A DNA stretch of 64,000 bases from Mobula hypostoma. Taxonomy: Eukaryota. The notes beneath the pieces were generated by a model. That model saw only the letters and a program-made list of their open reading frames with translations. It was not told the origin of the DNA and searched no databases. Every line of letters begins with the position of its first letter. Positions within the stretch are counted from its first letter, which is position 1. The DNA lies in NCBI RefSeq assembly GCF_963921235.1, contig NC_086097.1:113834001-113898000 (forward strand). Reading direction: 5' to 3'. The position numbers were made by a program, and so were the translations under genes. This document shows, piece after piece, positions 13,600 to 26,678 of the stretch.

Positions 13600-14405
13600 A
13601 AAATGCCGGAAATATGTGGTGGAGCTAAAGGAGTGCCAGAGAGCAACTTCTCCCAGTCCAGCAGCTGCAAAACAGCTTAAATTCTTCTCTTTAATGCTTC
13701 TTCTTTCCTTTCCTAGACGGCTGGGGTCCTGTCGGAGTCCGTGACCTACAGCTGCACTCAAACTGCGGTTCTTCACGGCAATGGGCTTCAGCTCTCGGAG
13801 CTTACCGTGCGACTGTTTTCAATATCTGCAGGACCGTCCCGGAAGATGCGCGCCTTCAGGGTGCAGCTTTGTGGGCCCGTTTCTTCGCCAGTGTCACCAA
13901 CTGAAGCGTCACGGGAGATTGGAACATTGATACATTGGGTGCGACTGTCAGAGACTTCTGCATGTGAATGATCACTCTCTCTCTCAATGGTGTGCTGCTG
14001 ATTCTCAAGTTGGGAACTTGAAATAAAAGTGACGCTGCAGACTGTAACATTGAAACAGCAAGCTGCTGGTCTCCCCTCTCGCTGTGGTAGGACTGATACT
14101 TCTCTCCCCCTATCGTAAGTAAGAGACAGCAAGCGAGCCTGTGGCATGTCAAATGGCCGGGTGAACAGTGGTGTTTGGTGGACCCTGGATCAAGGTCTCT
14201 TCAGGGGTTTTGGTATTGCTTGCATGCTGGATGGTGGTGGTGGGGGTGGGGGGCAATGCTTTTGCTGAGGCAGGTGGGGAAGGGTTGATGCTTGTGTGTG
14301 GGAGGGGCTTGGGGTTCTAACATTCATTCACTGGAGTTTCGTAGACGTCTGCAGAGAGTCAGAATTTCAGGCTGAATCTTGCATACGTTCTCTGATGTTA
14401 AATGG
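13600..14405 (+). mobile_element. Non-autonomous retroelement, related to 57330-58072
   Basis: Shared internal block (gagcctg.gg.atgtc.aat...cgggtgaaca) and LINE-type 3' tail; no ORF. Confidence 0.5.
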
Positions 14406-15869
14406 AGCCACTGAAATACTCAGAGGGTCGACATGGTAGTGTAGCGATTAGCGCAATCGCTTTACGGTGCCAGCTATCTCTGATATCTGCCACTGTCTGC
14501 CCTCTGGGTGCTCTGGTTACCACCGCCCCTGGCTTTCCAAAGACATATGGCTGAGGTTAGTGAGCCAGGGGCAAAATATGCTGACGCTGGAAGCATGGCC
14601 CCAGCGCGCTCCCCAGACCGCGCTGGTTGTTGGCGCAAAACATAGCACTTCACTGTATGTTCCAACGTACATGTGACAGACAAAGCCAATCCTTTCATCG
14701 TTAGATCAGGCAGCAGTTGTGGAAAGAGAAATTAAATTCACGATTCAGGTCAGAGACTCTTCCTTGCATTGGGGTGGAGAAATTATACAAAAAAATGTTT
14801 AAAGTGCAGAGAAGGGATGTAGAAAAGAAAGGGAGTGATCTCGACTAGGGTGAGAACATATTAAATGGGTTAATGAAGGCAATAAGAGGGCAATAGTGCT
14901 TCGGTATTTCTGCTAGGTGTTGCAAAGGGCAGGCCCATGCAACAGGCTCAACAGTTAAGACTACTGACATAGCAAAAAAGTCTGTCAATATCATAAATTA
15001 TCAGAACTGACTGAATTTTTCCTGACAGAGAGAGAAAACAAGTTAATTAAAGTTGTAAGACTTGATACTGAATCCAGCAACATGCACACAGTGAGGAAGA
15101 GATGTTGTACCTAAAACTTGCATTGGTCTTCGTTATAACAGGCAGGCAGTCACAGATGGTGAGTTAAAGAGTCAGACAGGAAGCTGAAGGTTGCTCCTAC
15201 AGGCCACATTTGGGTTCGCCAGTGTAGAGGAGACAGGAGTGCAAGTCAACCACTACTTAACCCCTTGTTGGCAGGAAGGAAAGGATGAGAGGACAGGTTT
15301 TGCACCTCCAATGGGAACGCACTGGACAAAAGGGAGTGGTTGTTCACATCGCAAGAGCAGACCAGGGAGTAACGAAGGGAACCGGCCCTTCAAAGTGCCT
15401 CTTTGGAGCTGGTGGAAACTGTGAAATCCAACTGATTGAGTGTGCAGGCCAGAGGGGTGGACAGTGAGGATAAGGAGAATTCTACGTGACTGGTGGAGGA
15501 TGTGGGGGGAAGAGGGAAAATGCAGACAGCATATGTGATGTAATTAAGGAGGTCACACTGTTCACTGAGCAGAAGTGCTGGATCGTTTGCTGTTTCTGGT
15601 ATCAAAATTCTACAAGGTGTCAATTCTACATTTGAAATCCTTCATTCTACAATTGAAATCTCTTTGGGAGAGATTCCCATTCGGAGCAGAGTTGGGAATG
15701 GCCTGGGATCCAGAGCCTCGGTCGCAGACAATGGGGAGAGATTACTTATGCTGGTTTCACAAGACTGGCACAGTCATTGCCAGCACACACAGGAAGCCAA
15801 TCCAGCAGGCTAGCTTTCAAACTGAAGGGCCAGTGTAAACGGCCAGCTCTCAAGGCTGAAGTTTCAAAT

Positions 15870-16190
15870 CTTATAAGGGAGTCAAGGAGCAGAGGGCACA
15901 GCCTCGCAATACAAGGATGTCCTCTTAGTAAAGAGATGAGGAGTAATTTAGGCAGAGGGTGGTGAATCTGTGGAATTCATTGCCACAGATGCCTGTGGAG
16001 GCCAAGTCATTGGATATATTTAAAGCGGAGGTTGATAGTTTCTTGATAAGTAAGGGAATCAAAGTTAATGGGGAGAAGGCACAGGAGAATGGGGTTGAAA
16101 GAGATAATAAATCAGCCGTGATGGAATGCTGGAGCAGATCTAGATGAACTGAGTCACCTAATCCTGCTCCTATATTTGATGGTTATGGAA
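15870..16190 (+). mobile_element. CR1 3' fragment
   Basis: SRSRGHSL, VVNLWNSLPQ..VEAKSL..FK remnants. Confidence 0.8.
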
Positions 16191-16899
16191 ATGAAGTACA
16201 ACAGTAAGTTATTTGTCTTGGAGTCTTTAACACCAATGTATCCAATCGAGCTTTTCCTATAATACCTCTGGTTATTAAAAATCTATCAACCACTGACTTA
16301 AAATTATCAGTTATTCCAACATTAATTGGCAATTATAAAAGTATAATTCAGGTTTCTACCACTGTGTAAAATATTTTTGAACATCACTCCAAATAAGATG
16401 AATGATTTGCTCAGCTGACCCCCCCCCAAACCACTTACGTGTTTCCTCTGCTGACTAGACCATTAACGTGCATCCTCAACAAACAAGAAATGAAAGATCA
16501 CGCAAGAGTTTTCCATATAATAGTGGCATTTTACTGTATTTGTTGCATAAATTAGCTTAAAACGTTGGGCAACAAGTTTAAAATTATCCCCCCCCCCCCC
16601 CGCGAGTTTCATGATTCTACTAAAAGTCTGGTTACGGAGCTGGATGGGAAAGCGGGGTAGGATCAGCCAAACACCATTAATTTAAATCTGGAAACCTTCA
16701 CTAGCTGGATGGGAAAGCGGGGTATAACTGATTGCTATCCACCCTGAGTTTATGACTCGGCCGACAGACCACTGCTCCATCCAGGAAATGATCCCCATTT
16801 CCCCCCGGGCCTCCTCCTAGTCACAACGCCGCAACATCTCATTGCAACTTTGCTTTTTCGTCATTTACAGGAATGCATAAATTTAAACTACCAGACATG

Positions 16900-17110
16900 C
16901 AAAGTTTCAGAGAGACCACACCCGTAACTACACCGGCTCACCTGCCTTCCAAACTCGGGCGTAACCCTGGATTAACAAACGCCACTCACATTCGGACTTC
17001 CGGGACGCGAGCTTGATTGACAGCAGCTCTAAACTAATCACCGCACGCCGTGCTCGGCGAGGGGAGGGAGGAGGACACGACGTCTTTGTGTGATTGCGGG
17101 AGGGTGGAAA
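16900..17110 (-). promoter_or_regulatory. Candidate CNDP2 promoter and non-coding first exon
   Basis: Non-repeat CpG-rich island. Strong minus-strand donor CAG|GTGAGC at 16942/16941. ETS-like CCGGAAGT at ~16996-17003. The first coding exon has an upstream acceptor, so an upstream exon is needed. Confidence 0.55.
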
Positions 17111-18852
17111 ATTAGCATTCCCTTATTTTAAAAGTATTTTCTGTTAAGGTGTATTTGTTCCTTGGCGAGGTGGCAGAAAGCAGGATATCGTTCAAAAGAT
17201 ATTTGCAACATGAATGAAAAAGAAGCATTTCGCAGAGTGCTAAGGGAGATTTGGGAGACCGGGACGAATTTTATTCATTATAAAACGTCCCCAGACCTGG
17301 TGGGCTGAGCGGCCTCTCTCTCTGCCTGATTATTATATGGTTTCAGAAGAGGCCTCAGAGAGGGGAGTAGATGAGATTCGAACTGTGGGGTGGGCTTTAT
17401 TATTTAGAGCTCATTTGGAAATAACAGAAGCCGTGATTATTATAGGAAACAACCTCATAGAGATAAGGGACTGCAGATGCTGGAATCAGGAGTCAAAGAC
17501 CTATTTGCTGGAGAAAACTCAGCAGATTGGGCGGCATCTGTGGGGAGAAAGGAACTGATGCAGGGTTTTGATCCAAAACAGCTGCAGGCTATATGGGATA
17601 CATGCCTCATTGAGGTCGGTAGAGGAGAGTGTGAGGCGTCAAGTTCCTGAGTGTTGCCATGTTGAAGGATCAGCCTTGGGGCCACACACGCTGATCCATC
17701 AGCAGATCTACTTCATTCGAGCTTGAGGAAACTTAGCATGAATTGAATTGACTTTATTACTTACATCCTTCATGTACATGAGGAGTAAAAATCTTTATGT
17801 TATGCCTCTGTCTAAATGTGCAATTTATAATAATTTATAATAAATAGTATGTACAACAATATAACATAGAAATACAGTTGTGTCAGCATGAATTAGGTGT
17901 CTGCATGACACCTAAGACTCTTGCAGATTTTACGGGTGTACAGTGGAGAGCATTCTGAATGGTGTATCACAGCCTGGTTTGGAGGCAGCAATGCACAGGA
18001 TGGAAAAAGGCTGCTGAGGGTTGCAGCCTCAGCCACCTCCGTTACGGGCACGACCAGTGAAGGACACTCAGCTACAGCTCCTTGCAGATCCTGCTAGGGA
18101 ACCGGACTTGTGGCCGGATGACTTTCGGTTCACATGGGAGATGGGAGGAGGTGATAGATAAGAGCTTTAGGGAGGCAGATGCCACTAAGTTGCAGGTGGC
18201 AGGTAGTTAGTTGAGTGATGGTCAGGAGAGGAAAAGGAAGAGGCAGGAAGTACTGAGTATCCTGTGGCTGTTTCCCTCAGTCAAAGGTATACCACTTGGT
18301 TGATTCTCCTCACTGACAATCAGCGGCGGTGCATCTCAAGGATGCATGCTTAGCCCACTGCTGGACTCTATACCCATGACCGAGTGGCTAGGCACAGCTC
18401 AAACACCATCTATAAATTTGCTGATGCCCATGTCCACTACCTCAGTTCCACCAGCATTTTGTGTGTGTTGCTTGGATTTCCAGCATCTGCAGATTTTCTC
18501 TTGTTTGTGATTGGATCACTATTTTTCCTCTCTTTCTCCACTATGTATTTAATTTTTAATTATATACAATGGATTCCATTTAATTGGGTGATCAGTTAAT
18601 TTGGGATCAGCTGCTTATTTGGGATAACTCAAAGAATAAAAACTAACCTAGAAAATAGCAGAAATTCCCTTTGTTTATCTGGGACAGTACGGCATTTAAT
18701 TGGGACAAAACCCTGTTGCTGAACCGTTTCTCTCTTGGGTAAATTGCGTGCACTTGTGTGGCTATTAGACACTTAACTGTGCTTCGAGCAAGCGGTTTTT
18801 AAATGGCATCAGTTGTGTTTATGTTAAAAAAGCAGTGATTTTTTCATTGATA

Positions 18853-19074
18853 CAGTGCTTTGAAAAAGTATTCAGCTCCCAACCCTTTGTTCACATAAAT
18901 GAGTATTACAACCAAGGATTTTGATCAATTTAACTGAGAATTTTCATTTGTGTATCACATGCTCCTTTTTTCATGGTGGAGCCCAAAAAAAAGGGAAAAT
19001 TGTAAAGCATGAAAAACTAAAAATTCATAAGCTGAAATGTCAGCAGTTCAATAGTGTTCATCCCCTTAGCTCAG
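18853..19074 (+). mobile_element. Tc1-like transposon left terminus (IR/DR type)
   Basis: TA|cagtgctttgaaaaagtattca outer repeat and inner atagtgttcatcccctt repeat ~200 bp apart. Confidence 0.6.
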
Positions 19075-21469
19075 TGTTATGACGTATTCTGCAGTTAGAA
19101 TATGTAACAAATATGAAGTTCAACAGAAGCCATTCTTCAGATTTGGATGTGACTGCAGATGGAATTTAAAATGCAGCTCTGAACAATAGCGTCCCTGGAG
19201 CTGTGGACTGGAGTTGATATCGAACCAGGCAATGATGATTAACATTCATTTTGTGTGTCGGGAGTGTGGGTGCGAAGAAGGAGTGAAACTCTATGCAATT
19301 CAAGATATTGTAGTGTAGTGATGGGCTACACGCAGAGCTAGAAATAATGACATGCATTCAGTAAGCCGCACTCGAGACTCGTTTATTCAAACTGCGCGGC
19401 ACTGGCTTTTAAGCAGTTCCCTTCCAGCCCTCTCCAGGCGGAAATGACGTCAGAGGTTCATTACAAAAGTCTCTCCCTGTGCATGGGCTATTTTGTGAGC
19501 CAGTTCACTTGTGTAGAAAGAGGGTGGCCACATAACCGCACCCCCCCAGAACCGGCGATACACCCCCAATGTCCACAGTCTGGATCAGTCTCTGTTTGGG
19601 CGGTCTGCCTCTGCGCCGCAGTGCCTGAACCTCGACTGGCTGCGCCAAGTCCACATGGGCCAGTTTGAGTCGGTCCACCGTGAAAACCTCTTCCCCCGCC
19701 CCCCCCAACGTCCAGAAGGTACGTGGACCCGTTGTTACTGATCACCTTGGACTGCCCCTCATACGGCCGCAGTAGCGGTGCCCGGTGTGCGCCCCTTCGT
19801 ACAAATACAAACTTACAGTTCTGCAGGTCTTTGGGTACGCAGGTCAGGATCTGGCCGTGCTGTGAAGTCGGTACGGGGGCCAGGTTGCCGAGCCTTTCAC
19901 GTAGTCTGTCCAGAACTACTGCGGGTTCTTCCTCTTGCCCCCTTGAGGCTGGTATGAACTCTCCTGGGACGACCAGGGGTGCGCCGTACACCAGCTCGGC
20001 CGACGAGGTGTGCAGATCCTCTTTGGGTGCTGTGCGGATTCCAAGCAGGACCCAGGGAAGCTCGTCCACCCAGTTAGGCCCTTTCAGGCGGGCCATGAGA
20101 GCCGACTTCAAGTGATGGTGGAAGCGTTCCACTGTGGGTGGTAGGCAGTTGTGTGGTGTAATTGTGTTCCCAACAGGCTGGCCACAGCCGACCACAGGCT
20201 GGAGGTGAACTGGGCACCTCTGTTGGAGGTAATGTGGGCCGGTATCCGGAAGCGTGCTACCCAGTTTGCAATCAGCGCTCGGGCGCAGGAATCGGTGGTG
20301 GTGTTGTTGAGCGGGACCGCCTCTGGCCATCTCATAGACTGGTCTACTATAGTTAGGAGGTACCGCACTCCTTGCGACACTGGCAGGGGCCCCATGATAC
20401 GTGCACGTTTTGGCCCATTCGCTGACCTGTTTGTGAAGTCTGCGCCACACGAACTTGCTGGAGACCAGCCGGACGGTTGTCCTGATAGATGGGTGCGCCA
20501 AGCCGTGTATGGAGTTGAAAACTCACCGCCGCCAGGCTGCTGGGACGATGGGGCGTAGCCACGTCACAGAGGAGGGTCCTCTCTCCTGGGCCTACGATGA
20601 AGTCTTGCAGCTGCAAACCCGAGACTGCGGTCCTGTAGCTGGACATCTCATCGTCTGCCCGCTGCGTCTCCACCAGTGCTGCATAGTCCACCCCCTGGGA
20701 CAGGGCCTGGACAGCTGGTCTGGAGAGTGCGTCCGCCACGAGGTTGTCCTTTCCCAAGACATGCTGGATGTCCGTCGTGTACTCGGAGGTGTAGGAGAGA
20801 TGTCGCTGCTGTCAGGCTGACCAGGGATCGGACACCTTCGTGAACACGAAGGTCAATGGTCAATGGTTTGTGGTCCGTGAACACGGTGAACGGCCTGCCT
20901 TCTAAGAAGTACCTGAAATGCCGGATTGCCGGATATGGTTCCAACGGCTCCCGGTCGAAGGCACTGTACTTGAGTTCGGGTGGCCGTAGGTTCCTGCTGA
21001 AGAACGCCAGGGGTTGCCAGCACCCCTCGATGAGTTGCTCCACCGACTGCTGTGTTGGATGCGTCCACTGTGAAGGCGGTTGGAACGTCCGTTCTGGGGT
21101 GCACCAGCATCGCGACGTCTGCCAAGGCTTTCTTGGCTTTAATGAAAGCAGCTGTGGCCTCTTCGTCCCAAGTAATGTCCTTGCCTTTACCCGACATCAG
21201 GGTAAACAAAGGGCGCATGATACGGGCTGCTGACGGGAGGAAGCGGTGGTAGAAGTTCACCATACCAACAAACTCCTGCAGGCTTTTGACTATGTTGGGC
21301 CGGGCGAAATGGCGGATCGCGTCTACCTTGGCGGGCAGAGGTGTTGCCCCGTCTTTGGTAATCCTGTGGCCCAGGTAGTCGATGGTGTCGAGTCCGAACT
21401 GACATTTGGCCGGGTTGATCATGAGGCTGAAATCACTCAGGCGGGAGTAGAGCTGGCGGAGGTGGGACA

Positions 21470-23541
21470 CTCACAATGCACTGGAGGAACGCAACAGGTC
21501 AGTCAGCATCAGTTTAAAAGATTAGTCGACGTTTCGGGCCGAAACCCTTCGTCAGAACTGAAGGAAAAATTTTGGGGAGGGTTTGAAGAATGCTGGTAGT
21601 TGAAAAAAACAGTAATTTTTTTTCAAAGGGGTGGGGGAGGGGAAGCAGGGAGGTGATTGGCAGGAGAACAATAGTAGAAGTAGAAGGAGGCGGAACTATG
21701 AGGGAGGTGATGTGAAATAGGGATAGAGGAAGGGAGGAGGAGGAAATTACCGGAAGTTGGAGAATTCAATGTTCATACCAAGGGGCTGGAGACTACCTGG
21801 TCGGTATATGAGGTGTTGCTTCTCCAACCTGAGTTTGGCCTCATCATGGCAATAGAGGAGGCCATGTATGGACATATCTGAATGTGAATGGGAAGCAGAG
21901 TTGAGGTGGGTGGCTACCGGGAGATCCTGTCTGTTATGGCGGACGGAGTGGAGGTGCTCGACGAAGCGGTCCCCCAATCTGCATCGGCTTTCACTGATGT
22001 AGAGGAGCCCGCACTGGATGCAATAGATGACCGCAACAGATTCACAAGTGAAGTGCTGCCTCACCTGGAAAGACTGTTTGGGGCCCTGAATGGCGGCAAG
22101 AGGGGAGGTGTAGGGACAGGTGTAGCACTTACGCTTACAGGGATAAGTGCCGGGTGGGAGATCAGTGGGGATGGACGTGTGGATAAGGGAGTCGCGGAGG
22201 GATCGATCCCTGCGGAAAGCGGAGAGGGGTGGAGAGGGAAAGATGTGCTTAGTGGTGGGGTCCTGTTGAAGGTGGCGGAAGCTGCGGAGGATAATGTGCT
22301 GGATCCGGAGGCTGGTGGGGTGGTAGGTGAGGACAAGGGGAACTCTGTCCCTGTTGTGGTGGCGGGAAGATGGGGTGAGGGCCGAAGTGCGGGAAATGGA
22401 GGAGATGCGGGTGAGGGCATCATTGATCACCGTAGAAGGGAAACCACGATCCTTAAAGAAAGAGGACATTTGAGATGTCCTGGAACAGAAAGCCTCATCC
22501 TGGGAGCATATGCGGTGGAGACGGGGGAACTGGGAATAGGGAATGGCATTTTTGCATGTGGTGGGGTGGGAAGAGGTATAGTTGAGGTAGTTATGAGAGT
22601 CAGTGGACTTGTAGAAGATGTCAGTGGACAGTCTGTCTCCAGAGATGGAGACTGAGACATCGAGAAAGGGGAAAGAAGTGTCAGAGATAGACCAAGTGAA
22701 TTTGAGGGCTGGGTGGAAATTTGAAGTAAAGTCGATGAAATTGACGAGCTCAGCATGGGTGCAGGAAGCAGCACCAATGTAGTCGTCAATGTATCGAAGG
22801 AAAAGTTGGGGAGCAGTACCAGAATAGGTTTGGAGCACAGACTGTTCTACATAACCAACGAAGAGGCAGGTGTAGCTGGGTCCCATGTGAGTTCCCATAG
22901 CTACACCCTTAGTCTGAAGAAAGTGGGTAGAGCCAAAAGAGAAGTTATTGAGTGTGAGAACCAGTTCCGCCAACCGGAAGAGGGTAGTGGTGATGGGGAA
23001 CTGGTGAGGTCTATTATCTAGGAAGTAGCGGAGGGCTTTGAGGCCTTCATGAGGAATGGAGGTGTATAGGGATTGGACATCCATAGTGAAAATGAAGCGG
23101 TTGGGACCAGGGAACTGGAAGTTATGGAAGAAGTGGAGGGCATGGGACGTATCCCGGATGTAGGTGGGGAGAGACTGAACTATGGGTGACAAAATGGAGT
23201 CCAGGTAGGCAGATACAAGTTCGGTTGGACAGGAGCAGACAGAAACTATGGGTCTACCGGGACAGTCAGGCTTGTGTATCTTTGGGAGGAGGTAAAACCG
23301 AGCGGTACGGGGTGTGGGAATTATGAGTTTAGTGGCTGAGGATGGAAGGTCTCCGGAGTTGATAAGGGTGGTGATGGTACAGGAGACAATGGTTTAATGT
23401 TTTTTGGTGGGGTCCTAATCCATGGGTAAGTAAGAGGAGATGTCAGAGAGCTGCCGTTTGGCCTCAGTGAGGTAGACGTCCGTCCGCCAGACTACTACGG
23501 CACCACCTTTGTCAGTGGGTTTGATGGTGAGGTTGGGATTA
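21470..23541 (-). mobile_element. Penelope-like element (RT + GIY-YIG) inserted in Gypsy RT
   Basis: ORF 21747-23192 with GVAMG, RYIDD and a GIY-YIG-like VIYC..LYISE motif; upstream DKG motif. TSD gtgggaca at 21462-21469 and 23542-23549. 5'-truncated. Confidence 0.96.
21524..21559 (-). ncRNA. Minimal type I hammerhead ribozyme motif in the PLE pLTR
   Basis: Minus strand AGTT-CTGACGA-AGGG-TTTCGG-CCC-GAAAC-GTC-GACT: full CUGANGA and GAAA core, stem II, palindromic ACGU stem III, GUC cleavage triplet, stem I. Confidence 0.8.
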
Positions 23542-26010
23542 GTGGGACAGATGCTCCTGATGACTACTGCTGGCTATGAGGATGTCGTCCAAATAGATGA
23601 ACGCAAAGTCCAGGTCACGTCCCACTGCATCCATTAGCTGCTGGAACGTCTGTGCGACATTCTTCAGGCCGAACGGCATTCAGAGGAATTTGAACAGGCC
23701 GAACGGGGTGATGAGTGCTGTTTTGGGGATGTCTTCAGGGTGTACCGGGATTTGATGGTATACCCGGACGAGGTCTACTTTGGAAAAGATGCTTGCCCCA
23801 TGCAGGTTTGCTGCAAAGTCCTGTATGTGCGGCACGGGGTAGTGGTCTGGAGTTGTAGCCTCGTTCAGTCTGTGGTAGTCATCACATGGTCTCCAGCCCC
23901 CGGCTGCTTTGGGCACCATGTGCAAAGGGGAGGCCCATGGGCTGTCGGACCGTCGTATGATCCCTAATTCCTCCATCTTCTTGAACTCCTCCTTCACCAG
24001 TCGGAGCTTGTCCGGGGGTAGCCGTCGTGCGCGGGCATGGAGGGGTGGTCCCTGGGTCGGAATGTGGTGCTGTTCTCCGTGTCTGGGCATAGCTGCTGTG
24101 AACTGCGGTGCCAGAACCGATGGAAACTCCGCCAGGATTCTGGTGAATTCATTGTCAGACAGTGTGATGGAGTCCAGGTGTGGGGCCGGCAACTTGGCTT
24201 CACCCAGGGAGAACATCTGGAAAGTCTTGGCATGGACCAGTCTTTTCCCTTGCAAGTCGACCAGCAGGCTGTGGGCCTGAAGAAGTCCGCCCCCAGGAGT
24301 GGTTGGGCCACGGCGGCCAGTGTGAAGTTCCACGTGAACCGGCTGGCGCCGAACTGTAGCTGCACTGTGTGGGTGCCGTAGGTCCGAATCGTGCTGCCGT
24401 TTGTGGCCCTCAGGGTGGGTCGTGTCGCCCTGTTGTGGGTGTCAAACCCCATCGGGGGTAAGATGCTGATCTCCACTCCGGTGTCGACCAAGAAGCGGCG
24501 TCCTGAATGTTTGTCCCAAACGTACGAGAGGCTGTCCTGGTGGCCAGCCGCCGTAGCCATTAGCGGCGGCTGGCCCTGGCGTTTCCCGGGAACTTGCAGG
24601 GCGGGCGACAATGGCAGGCTTCTATGCCCCACCGCTGGTGGTAGAAACACCACTGCTCATTGGCCTCCTCACTCCTGCCTCAGGGTTGTGTGCGCTCGGT
24701 TGCCGGGCCTGGTCTGGCCTGCTGTTGGGCGCGTGGCTTGGTAATCTGTCCGACGGACGCCCCGCTCTCCCTCTTGGCTTTCCACAGCGTGTCTGCCCAG
24801 GCTGCCACCTTCCGGGGGTCACTGAAATCTGTGTTGGCCAGCAGCAGATGTATGTCCTCGGGCAGTTGTTCTGGGAACACCTGCTCAAACATGAGGCAGG
24901 GCTTGTGTCCTTCAGCCAGGGCCAGCATCTCGTTCATTAATGCTGACGGCGGCCTGACTCCCAAACCATCCATGTGCAGCAAGCGGGCACCTCGCTCACG
25001 CAGTGAGAGGCCGAAGGTCCCTATGAGCAGTGCTTTGGATGCTGTATATTTGCCTTCTTCGGGGGGGTGACTGTATGAAATCCCCAACCCGTGCGGCTGT
25101 CTCCTGGTCAAGAGAGCTCACCACTTAATAGTAACGTGTGGAATCCAAAGATATTTGCCAAATCTGGAACTGGGCTTCTGCTTGGTCAAACCACAAGCGT
25201 GGTCGCAGCGTCCAGAAAGTTGGCAGTTTTAGCGAAACTGCGTGAACAGATGAAGAGTCGATTGTCTTTGGTCCAAATCCCGTTTGGACCATTGGGGTCA
25301 ACACTGTAGCGATGTGCTACACACAGAGCTAGAAATAATGACACGCAGTCTGTAAGTCGCACTCGAGACTCCTTTATTCAAACTTCACGGCACTGGCTTT
25401 TAAGCAGTTCCCCTCCAGCCCTCTCCAGGTGGAAATGACGTCAGAGGTGCATTACAAAAGTCTCTCCCCACGCGCGGGCTATTTTGTGAGCCGGTTCGCT
25501 TGTGTAGAAAGTGGGTGGCCACAGTAGATACATTGTAACTATAGAATTGTCCTGCTTTTACCTATGACCTTTAGCATATATAAAAATGTCATGTAATATT
25601 GGGTCAAGAGGCCTCTTCCTCCAAGTGCATCTCATTTTGTTAAATTAATCACTTCTGTATCCACTAGCTTCAGTGTCTCTCTGGTGACTTTGTTCTTGTA
25701 ACACCACTTGGTGCCTCGTCTGGAATACCTATAACCCAGCGTATGGCCAGTGACCTCAGCAGTCTAAGTGGGTGAGTATTTTTAAAATTAGCACTCTCAC
25801 CTGGATCAGTTCTGGTTGGTGTCTATGGGTTCACAAGGTATAACAAATACAGTGGAGGACTGAACTAGTAGATATAGAAGGAGTGTGTTGTGTGTTTATG
25901 TAAGAGACTAAATATTTGTGTGTTAATTTCTTGAGACAGGGCTACCTGTTGCGAAGAGTTGTTACTTACTGTTTGGGAAGCCATTGTGGTGCATGTATAC
26001 TCGTTCAGGG

Positions 26011-26678
26011 GCGCGGGTGAGGTCTGGGCCTGATGTCCCACTCACCCAGGGAAAGTGTACACGCAATACGTCGCCTCTCCTTTCCCGGTGTAATGATCGC
26101 CGCGTGGTCACTGTCTGGCCTGCTAGGCAGGAGGCCACTGCAAATGGCCTCTCCTACATTACTGCGTCCAGAGCAACACCTTCTCATCGGTGCCCCCCGT
26201 TTCCACCAAGCTTGCTATGTCATGGCTTGACTGAGTGTCCAGCGGTATAACTGGATGGGTAGGCTGGGTTCGTTAGCCTTGGTTGGCAGCCAGCCTAAGA
26301 GAAGCACAACTCTGAATCCAAACCCGGGCAGGTGGGGCTTGTTAGCCTTGTCAGGCCATCCACCTCGGAGAAGGACACTCCGACGTAACTCCTACGACCC
26401 GAGGACCTGGCTGTCACCGTCCCAGCTTGCTAGGCTATGGCAGATGAACCCCGGGTGTAAAGGGTGGGGCCAGTACCGCGCACACTGCACTCCACCTAAA
26501 ATACCATTGCGCAGGCCGAAGGACACGCCCACATCCATGACCATCCTCCCCGACCATTGCAACCGCTGTGGCCGGGCTTGCCTGTCCCGTATTGGCCTCG
26601 TCAGCCACCAGCGAGCCTGCAGCAGACATGGGCAGCCCCCTTCTAAACCTTCATTCGCAAAGCCAAGCCACGATGATG
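26011..26678 (+). mobile_element. Non-autonomous RTE-derived retroelement
   Basis: 14-bp TSD atactcgttcaggg (25997-26010, 26679-26692), (gat)n tail, and RTE-type C-terminal CNRCGRACLSRIGLVSHQRAC. Confidence 0.75.

Larger units (their letters stand above)
19314..25523 (-). mobile_element. Ty3/Gypsy LTR retrotransposon, full-length but defective
   Basis: Two 219-bp TG...CA LTRs (19314-19532, 25305-25523) and GTAG TSD. Gag, protease FLVDTG, RT ([14 protein letters not shown]), RNase H (DAS, TDHKPL) and integrase with a GPY/F-like motif. Frameshifted. Confidence 0.96.

Noticed and set aside
16638..16724. Repeat-spacer-repeat resembling CRISPR
   Set aside because: Only two units, vertebrate context, no cas genes.
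21888..22655. 255-aa plus-strand ORF
   Set aside because: Antisense shadow of the PLE ORF.
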